Below, piece after piece: positions 15,434 through 27,700 of a DNA stretch of 64,000 bases (the first letter of the stretch is position 1; each line of letters starts with the position of its first letter). The DNA lies in NCBI RefSeq assembly GCF_026210795.1, contig NC_089429.1, positions 1,364,001 through 1,428,000 on the forward strand. Reading direction: 5' to 3'. A program made the translations under genes and the position numbers. This DNA comes from Rhizophagus irregularis. Its lineage: Eukaryota. The notes under the pieces were generated by a model. The model was not told where the DNA came from and did no database searches. It was given only the letters and a program-made list of their open reading frames with translations.

Positions 15434-16112
15434 GTGTTAAACTAAACTGTATGTCTGTATCGATAAAAACTTTTAAACAAGAAACACGACAAAAATCTAA
15501 AAACTAATAAAAAACTAAAACTTATAAATAATACAGCCCATCCTTCTAGAAAAATCTCGTAGTTGTGACAAAAACTCTTTTCCTAAGTGACAACCAAATA
15601 TATCTCTTGATCTCTCAGGAACTGCATGGTACATATACCATCTTCTTACTTCATAACAAAATTTGTATAGTGTACTATTGTACTGAGTACTGACGCTTGA
15701 TATTCTTGTTGAATTTTATACTATATCTGAAACCTTTTTTCGTTTTCCAGAATATTCAACTCTTTTTGTAAAACGTCTTTGGTCGATATTTCTCAACAAA
15801 ATATATAATAAAAAGAGTGAAAAAAAGACTCAAGTTGGTATAGTTTTAACTCTTTCATAGAACTTTTTGTTTTTCCATGACCGTAAGGTTTGTTGTACAG
15901 ACCCCAGGTTCCCATTGGATCCGACGTAGAATTAGCTCGGATTCCATGTAATGACGGCAGAGGTCCGGATGATTACAAATGATTACAAATCAAAAAATTC
16001 CAGATGTTGATCAATCGAATCCGGGGCGAAAATTAGTATAGCCGATCAACAATTTCGGACGCCTACTGAAAATTGGCTGCATTTTGCATAAATAGTATTA
16101 CACAAGCAACTA

Positions 16113-16228
16113 TATCTCTATAAAAAATTTTTTGGGGAAAACTCCGATAAATGATCATTTTTCTAGTTTTCATTCCAAAAAAACTCCGATATATGATCAA
16201 TTTTCTAAAAAATTTTTTATAGGGATAT
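16113..16228. mobile_element. Small MITE just upstream of the ATG exon at 16281
   Basis: Inverted ends atctctataaaaaattttt / aaaaattttttatagggat in TA-rich flanks. Confidence 0.55.
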
Positions 16229-16280
16229 ATATATACTTGAATAAAGGCGTTTGGAAGAATTCTAATAATATTATTCAGTA

Positions 16281-19200
16281 ATGGCTCAAAGTAACGATAA
16301 GGAAGATAAAGGTAGGTAAACTTATTCGGAAAATCTAATGATAATATTACAGCTTGTAAATCATAAACATATAACTAGAGTAACTTGGTAATTATTAGTG
16401 AGTTATAATCATTATACTGTCAGATTGACTCGAAAATTTTGGGTCGGGTCATCAAACGTTTTTATAATTAAATATAAAAAAAATTGATTTTTTTATTAAA
16501 AACGTCAGACTTGACGTTTTTGTAATTAAAAAACAAAAAAATGACTTTTTTAGTTAAAAAACGTCAGGCTTGACGTTTTTGTAATTAAAAAATCAAAAAA
16601 ATGACTTTTTTAGTTAAAAAACGTCAGGCTTGACGTTTTTGTAATTAAAAAATCAAAAAAATGACTTTTTTAGTTAAAAAACGTCAGGCTTGACGTTTTT
16701 GTAATTAAAAAATCAAAAAAATGACTTTTTTAGTTAAAAAACGTCAGGCTTGACGTTTTTGTAATTAAAAAATCAAAAAAATGACTTTTTTAGTTAAAAA
16801 ACGTCAGGCTTGACGTTTTTGTAATTAAAAAATCAAAAAAATGACTTTTTTAGTTAAAAAACGTCAGACTTTACATTTTTGTAATTAAAAAATAAAAAAA
16901 AAATGACTTTTTCAGTTAAAAAACGTCAGACTTGACGTTTTTGTAATTAAAAAATCAAAAAAATGACTTTTTTAGTTAAAAAACGTCAGACTTGACGTTT
17001 TTGTAATTAAAAAATCAAAAAAAATGACTTTTTTAGTTAAAAAACGTCAGACTTGACGTTTTTGTAATTAAAAAATCAAAAAAAATGATTTTTTTAGTTA
17101 AAAACGTCAGACATGGCATTTTTGTGATTAAAAATAAAAAAAAATGATTTTTTAATTAAAAACGTCAGATTTGACATTTTTATGATTCAAAAAATTATTT
17201 TTTATGTTAGATTTGACAATTTTGTAATTAAAAATCAAAAAAATTGATTTTTTTAGTTAAAAACGTCAGACTCGACATTTTTGTAATTAAAAAATCAAAA
17301 AAATGATTTTTTTATTAAAAACGTCAGACTTGACGTTTTTGTGATTAAAAATCAAAAAAAATATTGGTTTTTTTTAATTAAAAATGTCAGACTTGATGTT
17401 TTTGTGATTAAAAATCAAAAAAATATTGATTTTTTAATTAAAAACGTCAGACTTGGCAGTTGGCATTTTGTAATTAAAAATCAAAAAAATATTGTTTTTT
17501 TTAATTAAAAACGTCAGCCTTGACGTTTTTGTAATTAAAAAATCAAAAAAATGATTTTTTTGATTAAAAATGTCAGACTTGATGTTTTTGTAATTAAAAA
17601 ATCAAAAAAAAATGATTTTTTTGATTAAAAACGTTATACTTGACGTTATTGTAATTAAAAAATCAAAAAAAATGATTTTTTTGATTAAAAACATCAGACT
17701 TGACGTTTTTGTTATTAAAAAATCAAAAAAATGATTTTTTTAATTAAAAAACGTCAGACTTGACATTTTTGTGATTAAAAAATAAAAATTAAAAAAATAT
17801 TGGTTTTTGTTTAATTAAAAACGTCAGACTTGACATTTTTGTGATTAGAAATCAAAAAAATATTGGTTTTTTTTAATTAAAAACGTCAGTCTTGACATTT
17901 TTTGTTAAAAAAATAAAAAATGAAGAAAAAATAAAAAATGAAGAAAAAACGTTTTTGCGTTATTTTATTTATAATTTTATATGGAAAAATGCCAAAACGT
18001 TTTTTTCTTAATAGTAATGCAAAAAAAAAAGTTTTTGGCATTTTTTTTAATAATATTATATGAAAAAACGCTGAAACATTTTTTTTACAATTTTTTTATT
18101 TTTTTGCAATATTTTATGAAATTTTAATGATCAACAAAAAAATGAAATTATGCAAATATTGAATGATGCAACAATTTAACAGGGACTTTTAGTGGCACAG
18201 GAAGAGTTTTTGCGAAAAGTTGGCATTAGAAGTTTTTTTCATTGACATTGACATTGACATTGACATTGACATTGTCACTGACATTGACATTGTCATTGAC
18301 ATTTTTTTAAAGTTATATAAGATTAATCTGAGAGTTTTTTACCAAAAAGGAAATTTTTTTATAAAAAGGGAAATGATTTTCAATTTCGAGGCAATTCAGC
18401 AGGTGTTTTAATAACAAATTGAGAAATGATTTCCATAGAAAATCTCGTGACAAAATTTATAATAAATTTAAAATAAATGATCAACAAATGATCAACAAAA
18501 TCGTTACTAGTTTTATAAAAAACGCCCAATAATATCTTTTTATTGTTTTAAATTTTAGAATTTTAAATAACTGTATTTATAAAAATTATTTAACTATTTT
18601 AGCTCGTAAGTTATAGGTTATTTGTAGTTTGAATAATAGTTGAATACTTAATCCTATTATATTTTATGTAACCAAATAATTTATTTTATTATTAATGATA
18701 TTATAGTTGGTAAGATAGTTATTTATTTCTATTATATTTTATAAATAACTAATTTTTTTCATTAATATAATTGTTTAATAATTATTGATGTTATAGAAGG
18801 CAAGTATTAATTTTATTTTAATTTAAAATATTTACATATAATTTAAATTAATAATTTTATTTAAATAATTAGATTGTAAGTTACTGCATACATTTAATTT
18901 TCATATACAATTATAGTATTTTATCTAATTAATCAATTTATTATAATTACTTTACTTAAAAATTATTAATGCTACAGGGTGTAAGTTATATGTTATTTAT
19001 TAATTCTGTTATATTTATAATATTTACACAATTTAAACTAACTAAATTATTTATTTAAAAATTACCCAAATATTTTTTTAGTTGGTAAGTTATACATTAT
19101 TTATTAATTTTATTATATTTGTATAATATTTATATAAACTAACTAAATTCTTTATTTAAAAATTTATTCAAATATTTTTTTTTTTAGTTGGTAAGTTATA

Positions 19201-22200
19201 CATTATTTATTTAATTCTATTATATTATATAATATTTATTTGAACTACTAACTAAATTCTTTATTTAAAAAATTAATTATTTAATAATATAGAGAGTAAG
19301 TTTTTATTATATTTATATAATATTTACATATGATTTAAACTAATTAAATTCTTTATTTTCAAATATTTTATTTTAGTTGGTAAGTTATACATTATTTATT
19401 TAAATCTATCATATTATATAATATTTACATGCAATTTGAACTAAATTTTTTATTTACAAAATTAATTATTTAATAATACAGAGAGTAAGTTATTTATTTA
19501 ATTCTATTATATTTATATAATATTTACATATAATTTATACTAACTAAATTCTTTATTTAAAAATTATTAGATTGTAAGTAATTTATTATGTTTATATAAT
19601 ATTTACATATAATTTAAACTAATTAAATTTATTTTAAAAAATTATTCAAATATTTTAGATCGTAAGTAGTAATTTATTATATTTATGTAATATTTACATA
19701 TAATTTAAACTGATTAAATTCTTTATTTAAAAAATTATTCAAATATTTTAGATCGTAAGTATTTTATTATATTTATATAATATTTACATATAATTTAAAC
19801 TAACTAAATTCTTTATTTAAAAAATTATTTATTTAATAATATAGGGAGTAAGTTATTTATTTAATTCTATTATATTTATATAGTAATATTTACAAATAAT
19901 TTAAACTAAATAAATTTTTATTTAAAAAATTATTAAAATATTTTAGATTGTAAGTAATATTATATTTATGTAATACTTATATATAATTTAAACTAATTAT
20001 ATTCTTTATTTAAAAAATTATATAGGGAGTAAGTTATTTATTTAATTCTATTATATTTATGTAATATTTACATATAATTTAAACTAACTAAATACTTTAT
20101 TTAAAAATATTTAGATCGTAAGTAATTTATTATATTTGTATAATATTTACATATAATTTAAACTAACTAAATTCTTTATTTAAAAAATTATTCAAATATA
20201 TTAGATCGTAAGTAATTTATTATATTTTGTAATATTTACATATACTAATTTAAACTAACTAAATTCTTTATTTAAAAAATTATTCAAATATATTAGATCG
20301 TAAGTAATTTATCATATTTATATAATATTTACATACAATTTGAACTAACTAAATTCTTTATTTAAAAAAATTATTCAATTTTAGTTTGTAAGTTATACAT
20401 TATTTATTATATTTATATAATATTTACATATAATTTAAACTGATTAAATTCTTTATTTCAAATATTTTAGATCGTAAGTAGTTTACTATATTTATATAAT
20501 ATTTACATATAATATATAATTTAAACTAATTAAATTCTTTATTTGAAAAATTATATTTCTTTAGTTGGTAAGTTATACATTATTTATTTAATTCTATTAT
20601 ATTTACATTTAATTTAACTAACTTTTAAAAATCAATCAAATATTCTAGATTGTAAGTAATTTATTATATTTGTTTTAATAATAATATTTACATATAATTT
20701 AAACTAATTTTAAAAAATTATTTATTTAATAATATAGGGAGTAAGTTATTTATTTAATTGTATTATATTTGTATAATATTTACATATAATTTAAACTAAC
20801 TAAATTCTTTATTTAAAAATTATTCAAATATTATAGATTGTAAGTAATTTATCTTATTTATATAATATTTATGTATAATTTAAACTAACTAAATTCTTTG
20901 TTTAAAAAATCTATTCAAATATTTTTTTTAGTTGGTAAGCTATACATTATTTATTTAATTCTATTATATTTATATAATATTTACATATAATTTAAATTAA
21001 CTAAATTCTTTGTTAAAAAAATTATTCAAATTTTTTTTTTAGCTAGTAAGTTATACATTATTTATTTAATTCTATTATATTTGTATAATATTTACATATA
21101 ATTTAAACTAACTTCTTTGTTTAAAAAATTATTTACTTAATAATATAGGGAGTAAGTTATTTATTTAATTCTATTATATTTATATAATAGAATTTTTCTA
21201 ACTATCACTGGGGTGATGATTACCCCAGTGATTTGAAGTAAAAAACTATATAATATTTACATATAATTTAAACTAACTAAATTCTTTATTTAAAAATCAT
21301 TCAAATATTGTAGATTGTAAGTAATTTATTATATTTATATCAATAATAATATTTACATATAATTTAAACTAACTAAATTCTTTATTTAAAAATAATAATA
21401 TAGGGAGTAAGTTATTTATTTAATTCTATTATATTAATTGCAATTAATTTAAACTAAAATAAATTATTTATTTCAAATATTTTTTTTTTAGTTGGTAAGT
21501 TATATATTATTTATTTAATTCTATTATATTAATTGCAATTAATTTAAACTAAAATAAATTATTTATTTCAAATATTTTTTTTTTAGTTGGTAAGTTATAT
21601 ATTATTTATTTAATTCTATTATATTTATATAATATTTACATATAATTCAAAACTAACTAAATTCTTTATTTAAAAAATTATTCAAATATTTTAGATCGTA
21701 AGTAATTTATTATATTTATATAATATTTACATATAATTTAAACTAATAAATTCTTTATTTAAAAAATTCTTTATTTAATAATATAGGGGGTTAGTAATTC
21801 TATTATATTTATATAATATTTGTATATGATTTAAACTAATTAAATTCTTTATTTCAAATATTTTAGATCGTGAGTAATTTATTACATTTATATAATATTT
21901 ACATAATAATTTAAACTAACTAAATTCTTTATTTACTAAAATATTTTAGCTTGTAAGTATATATTAAATTTTTTAATTGCATTTAATTTATTATAATTAT
22001 ATAATTTTACTTATAATTTAATTAAATCTTCTTAAAAAATTTTGTTAAACTATCTTAGTTGGTAAGTTATCAGTTATTATATGTTATTTATATAAGAATT
22101 AAAATCAATTATTTATTGTATTAAAATTTTATAATTTTATTTAGAGTAAGTATAATTAATATTATTCAATATTAAATTTTTAATTATTTTAAATTTTAAT

Positions 22201-25200
22201 TTAATTTCATTTTTTTGTATTTAAAGATTTGGTACTAGTGGAAGTAAAATTGTGGATCAATTTATTTCTGAAAATAAATTAAAATGGATTCCTTATAATA
22301 AATTTAAAAACATTGAATATCTTAATAAAGGAGGATTTGGTACTATATATAAAGCTATATGTAAGATTGAAGATAAAGATTATGAAGTAATCCTTAAACA
22401 TTTTGACTATCTTAATAATTCAGATGAAAGTTTAAAAGAATTTTTAAATGAAGTATGAATAAATAATATTTTTTTTTAATTTAATTATAATTTATTTATA
22501 CTTATTTGCTAAATATTATTTTTTATAGTGGCAAATAATTGATTCAAATAAAATTATTAAGATTTATGGATTTACAAAAAACCAAATACTTTGAATATAT
22601 ATGGATTTACAAAAAATCCAGATATTTTGAATTATGTATTAATAATGGAATATACAAATAAGGGTAATTTAAGAGGATGCCTAACAGAAATAGCAAATAA
22701 TTGGGAAAAAAAATTATTTTATTTGTATATTATTATTGTTGGTCTCAATGATATTCATGAAAAAGGTCTTATTCATTATAACTTTCATGATGGTAATATT
22801 TTATGTAACAAATATAAAGAAAATATATATGGAATTTATATTAGTGATTATTTAGGATTATATCAACTTGCAAAATTGTTTTTAAAAGAAAATAATATTT
22901 ATTGTATTATACCATTTATGGCACCTGAAATTTTAAGTGGTCAACCTTATACTCAAACAAGTGATATATATAGTTTTTCTATGATTATGTGGGAATTTAC
23001 ATCTGGAATTCCACCATTTAATGATAAAGCACATAATCTTCAACTTGCTTTAAGTATTTGTAAAGGTAAACGTCCTAAAATTATTGAAAATACTCCACAA
23101 TGTTATGTGGATTTGATGAAAAAATGTTGGGATGAAGATCCATTAAAAAGACCATCTACATTACAGGTTTTAAATATTATTAAAAGTTGGATATTCCGTT
23201 CTGGAAATATCAATGAAGAATCAAAAAGCAATATTACGGAATTTATAAATGCACCAATTGAGCATAATAACCATATTGTAGAATCTCATCCACAAGCATG
23301 CTATACAAGTCATTTACTTGATTTTACTAGTAAAGAATTAAATAAAATTCTAGAGGAATTTCAAGAATTGGAATCACTTAAATTGAAACAAAAAGTTGGG
23401 GATGCTGAGCAGAAACTTCTTAAATTAGAAAAAATTGCAGAAACTTATTATCAAAGTTCTCTAAATGAGTTAAAAGAAAATCGATTAGCATATCAGAATA
23501 TGCAAATGGAATTAGCTAATTTCATTACAACAGAGGAATTCAAAATTTGAACAAGATAATCAAAGTTTAAACTATAATTTAACTGTACAAAATAAAGAAT
23601 TTGCAGAAAAAAAAAATACCTTACAAACCCAAATTATTTATTTGCAAAATGAAAAGCAAGCTTTAGCTAACAATTTAACTGAACAGTTAAAACAAATCAG
23701 TCAATTAAATCAAGAAAAAAACAATCTGCAAAATGAGTTAGCTCAATCAAAAGTTAACATTCAAGAATTACAGTCTCAGCAAGATCAATTTAAAAATAAA
23801 TTAATTCAATCTCAAATTGATCATAAACAAATAGAAGAAAAAAATCTTAAGCTAGAAAATGAGTTAGTTAAGTTACAACAAGGAAATTCTCAATTTGAGA
23901 AAGATAACCAAAATTTGAGACTTGACTTGGCTGTACAACTTAAAATATCTGCAGAAAAAGAAAATACTTTACAACCCCAAATTACTTACCTGCAAAATGA
24001 AAGACAAGCTTTGGCTGAGGATTTAACTGAACAATTGGATCAAAATAAACTTGCTAGCCATCAAGTTCAAAATCAAATTGACCAGTTAATGCAAGATAAA
24101 AATTGTTTGGAAGAAAAATTAACTCAAACAGAAGATAATATTCAAAAATTAGAATCTAAACTAAGTCAATCTCAGGCTAATTATGAAAAGTTGTGCAATA
24201 GGTTAGATGGCCTATCACAAGATTACAAGGTTACTATTAAATTGAAAGCCAAGTCAGAAAAAGAAAAAGTTGAGTTGGAAAAAGAAAAAGCTGAGTTGGA
24301 AAAAGAAAAAGCTGAGTTGGAAAAAGAAAAAGCTGAGTTGGAAAAAGAAAAAGCTAAGTTGGAAAATGAAAAGGCTAAGGTAGAAAAAGAAAAAGCTGAG
24401 TTGAAAAAAGAAATTGCACAATTGGAACAAAAATTATATATTGAAGAACAAATCAAAATGCAATTAACCCAAGCTTTTGAGATGAAAGAAGTTAAAATAA
24501 GTGAATTTGAACAAAAATTGATTAATCTTAATTATGAGCGTATTAAAAAGTTAAAAGACAAAGAAAAAGAATTGACCAAAATTAAAGAGAAGTTAGTAAG
24601 TAAATTGACTAGTGGAGAAGATACTAAGGAAATTCATAAAGAAAAAAAAGCTAAACAAAAAGTGATAGATGAACTTCAACAAGAATTATTAACAACTTCA
24701 GCTTCTTATTATGCTAATAGGAAAAAACAGATTCTCAATCAAGTTAATAATTTTCTAAAGGCCAAGGGTAATTTTCTAACTTTACGGGAAGAAGCTATTG
24801 AAAAACTGCAAGATTGTTTTAATCAATTAGAAAGTTCTATTAATGAAGTAAGAAATACTATTGGTTCTACCAGAGATATGAAAATCTCTACATTGACTGA
24901 TAAATATACTAATAAATTTCAAAGTATTCTCATAAAATATAATGATGAAGTATTACAGCTAAACAAAAATTATTATTCCTTAAAGTATGTTGTTCAAAAA
25001 AATAAAGAATTGGATGTTAGCCTCACAATTGAAAATATTCTTAAGTTGAATAATTTCAATCTTGATAAATACAAAATTTTTAAAATTGCTACTAATTCTA
25101 AGGAAGGAACTGTAACCCAATTAAGTTCTAATATGATGGCAGAAGATATAAATACATTAAGAAGAAATTTGGATGAATTGAAATTAGAATTAAAGCAAGA

Positions 25201-25234
25201 AGAAAAAGAATTAAAAAATTTAGCAGCAGAATAA
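16281..25234 (+). CDS. Micro-exon-rich kinase-like plus long coiled-coil gene (two frameshifts: pseudogene or sequencing error)
   Basis: Exon 1 16281-16311 (MAQSNDKEDK+G, phase 1), 38 micro-exons 18603-22145, exon 22227-22452 (FGTSGSKIVDQFI...GGFGTIYKA), exon 22529-25234 (kinase then coiled coil). Frameshifts near 22580 and 23521. Confidence 0.7.
16490..17905. repeat. 60-bp tandem repeat, about 23 copies, with palindromic core
   Basis: Identical 60-nt lines at 16621-16860; each unit has AAAAACGTCA-G(G/A)CT-TGACGTTTTT; copies degenerate toward the right. Confidence 0.95.
18140..18550. repeat. Dispersed repeat, second copy at 42548-43718
   Basis: Shared tgcaaatattgaatgat...gcacaggaagagtttttgcg...(cattga)n...aataatatctttttattgtttta. 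Confidence 0.85.
18603..22145 (+). other. Array of 37 three-nt micro-exons and one 1-nt exon
   Basis: Every ~90-110 bp: branch point (often aactaac), YAG, exactly 3 nt, then GTAAGT-type donor (one GCAAGT, one GTGAGT, one GTTAGT). Confidence 0.85.
24257..24403 (+). repeat. 21-bp coding tandem repeat (EKEKAEL heptad, about 7 copies)
   Basis: gaaaaagaaaaagctgagttg repeated within the coiled-coil ORF. Confidence 0.9.
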
Positions 25235-26389
25235 TTAATAGATTACTGTTCAGTTCTTGATCAATTGCAATTAATTCATTGAGATGAACATATATTCTAG
25301 GATTTATTGAACATTATAGTACTCATTTTTTTAACAAAAAGAAAGTTTGTAGTCTTAGGAATTTGGAGAATTTTTTTTTTTTATTAAATTATAACTATAT
25401 TTATATACTTTTGTTTTTTCATCAAGAGGCTTCAATAAAAGATCATTAAACATTTTTGATGTGATAAGAAATTTCTTTTATATGATATGAGTTATTTATT
25501 AACCATTTATATATTGTAAATGTTTTGAATCAAACAAGTCAAACGAATATATCTGATATATATAGTATATATAAATCATTTTATCTTTGATATTAATTCA
25601 CCAACATAAATTTGCTAATATGCTTTATTTAAAGATATTATCATATTGATGTACTTGTTAAAAAAATTTATACATGATGTGGCTTTATTAATATTTTATT
25701 TTAAGTACAATAGATTCTCTCGGATTTCTTGATAGATTAGTTTCTTCTTGTTGAATCTTGTCAATAACTATAATTGATTTTCATTTCATAAATTTGAATT
25801 AGCATAAATAATTTTAGACTTACTATTATAGGCTATTGACTAGGTATGTAATTTGTTCAAAAAATTTTATCATTGTTTTTTATTCTAATAATACTGATAA
25901 TATTTATAAGTTTATTACTTTTTTCAATTTTAATACTGTCATTATTTTTAATCATAGTATGTTAGTATATGATAAAAAATTAGCATTAAAATATAAATTA
26001 CATTCATTAAATAAAGAAATATTATAAATTTTGTCTTGAAATAAGGAAAGAATGCTTAGAATTACTTTGGAAAGGAAATAAAATAAATAGAAAATTAAAA
26101 TTCTTATTATCCTCTGTTATGCCTATTACAAAATAGTAAATAAAGAAAAGAAAGCACATGCATTACATAATTTAGCTGACTTTGAATTATATTAACATCT
26201 TGCAATCATAATTATCCTAATAAATAATCAAGAGATTTTTAATGAGGCTTAAATATAAAATAATTTGCTTTAAAAAAATCTATTATAAAGACAAAATACA
26301 CTAGCTTATATAATCATGATATTTGTAATAGTGCAACCGCAACTCTAATCTCATTTTTTTTTTATTATAATAACTGAATTATATAAAAA

Positions 26390-27700
26390 CAACCTATTAT
26401 AATATAGACGTAAACATCTGTTAATAAAGCATCTATCTAAAAAAAAACTATACTAATAAAATTAATCTAAATACTAAAATTAGAAGCATAATTAGAAGAT
26501 CTAAACGTAACTAAAGTGTAATATTTCCACAAATCTTCTGTACCTATTTCATACCAGATACTTTTAGCTACTATATCGTTATTGATATAATACCCTGTCC
26601 ATCTTTATAAAGCATCATAAATAAAGAGTTTTCAATTTTTTCTCATCATGTCCCAAACGAGGTAACAAAGATTGATGTAATTTACTCACTTTTTTCATCT
26701 GTTTCGTTATGCCCTGCCTTAATTCTCATTCATTAAAACTTTTACATCGTTCACTCCACATGAATTTTCTAGCCATATCATGTATATCCTCTACAAAACT
26801 TGCTATAGCGTCTTTAAAAATTTTATCCTCTATCTCTAGAAACAACCTTTTGTTAACTATTCCTTTAATAGCTTCATGAAAAATTCAACCATTAAATACC
26901 ACTTTCGACTTTTCATTCAAAATGTGCAATAGACGTGCATGATAATTATAATAAATCCTAAAATCCTTCTCATTTAACTTAGCTTTTAAAGATTCAAAAG
27001 CTTCATTAATTATTTGAATAATAGATGTATCTGCCTGACTACATATCCAAATATGTGTCCATGTTTCAATTGTATAATTACAACGTATACATCTCCCACT
27101 TTGATATGATTCTGGATTACGTTTATTTAATAATGTAAAATTTCCAGAAAATTTTTAATATTATAAGCATTATCAGAATTATTCCAATCTGTATTTTCTT
27201 CATTAAAAGCTTTCATAATAATTCTGATTGAACGAACCCAGTCAATCTTTTCTATCGAATTATTGAATCTATAATATCGACACACGTCTAAAAATAAAAA
27301 TTCTGCTTTATAACTCCATTGATTATATAATTTATAAAACTCCCTTGGCGCCTCTTTAATTAATTCCTTTTCCCAATATAAATTATATTTCCAGTCTATC
27401 TCCTGATTCAACTTTATTATAATCAAATTTCTATCTTCTTTCATCATTAACGCAACTTTACTCAAACTATCAGCCAATTCATTTCCTAAAATACCCGAAT
27501 GACCTTTAACTTTATAAAAAACCAAATCCCATTCTAATTTTATCATCAACCATTTTAACCATCTCCATAATCCAATACTTTTAACGTTCCATATCCTTCT
27601 GGTCGACCATATTCTATTATCTACTATTAATTTGTACTCTAATCTCATTACTGCAATTTCTTTATCAATCATACACTGTATTACAGCTGTCTGAGAGTAT
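26390..27700 (-). mobile_element. 5'-truncated, decayed non-LTR retrotransposon (RNase H plus C-terminal Cys/His motif)
   Basis: KVKGHSGILGNELADSLSK (RNase H C-terminal motif) in ORF 27127-27738; after a frameshift CIRCNYTIETWTHIWIC at ~27045-27092. Boundaries approximate. Confidence 0.75.

Noticed and set aside
18220..18411. ORF with DIDIDI repeat
   Set aside because: Translation of a (cattga)n microsatellite inside a dispersed repeat.
18603..22061. Phase-0 reading of the triplets (LLKIGLLRLRIIIGIG...) as a transmembrane helix
   Set aside because: Strikingly hydrophobic but out of frame with both the phase-1 ATG exon and the kinase; the phase-2 reading hits TGA stops.
18603..22145. CRISPR array or plain minisatellite
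   Set aside because: Eukaryotic context, no cas genes and no unique spacers; the conserved parts are spliceosomal signals around a 3-nt variable core.
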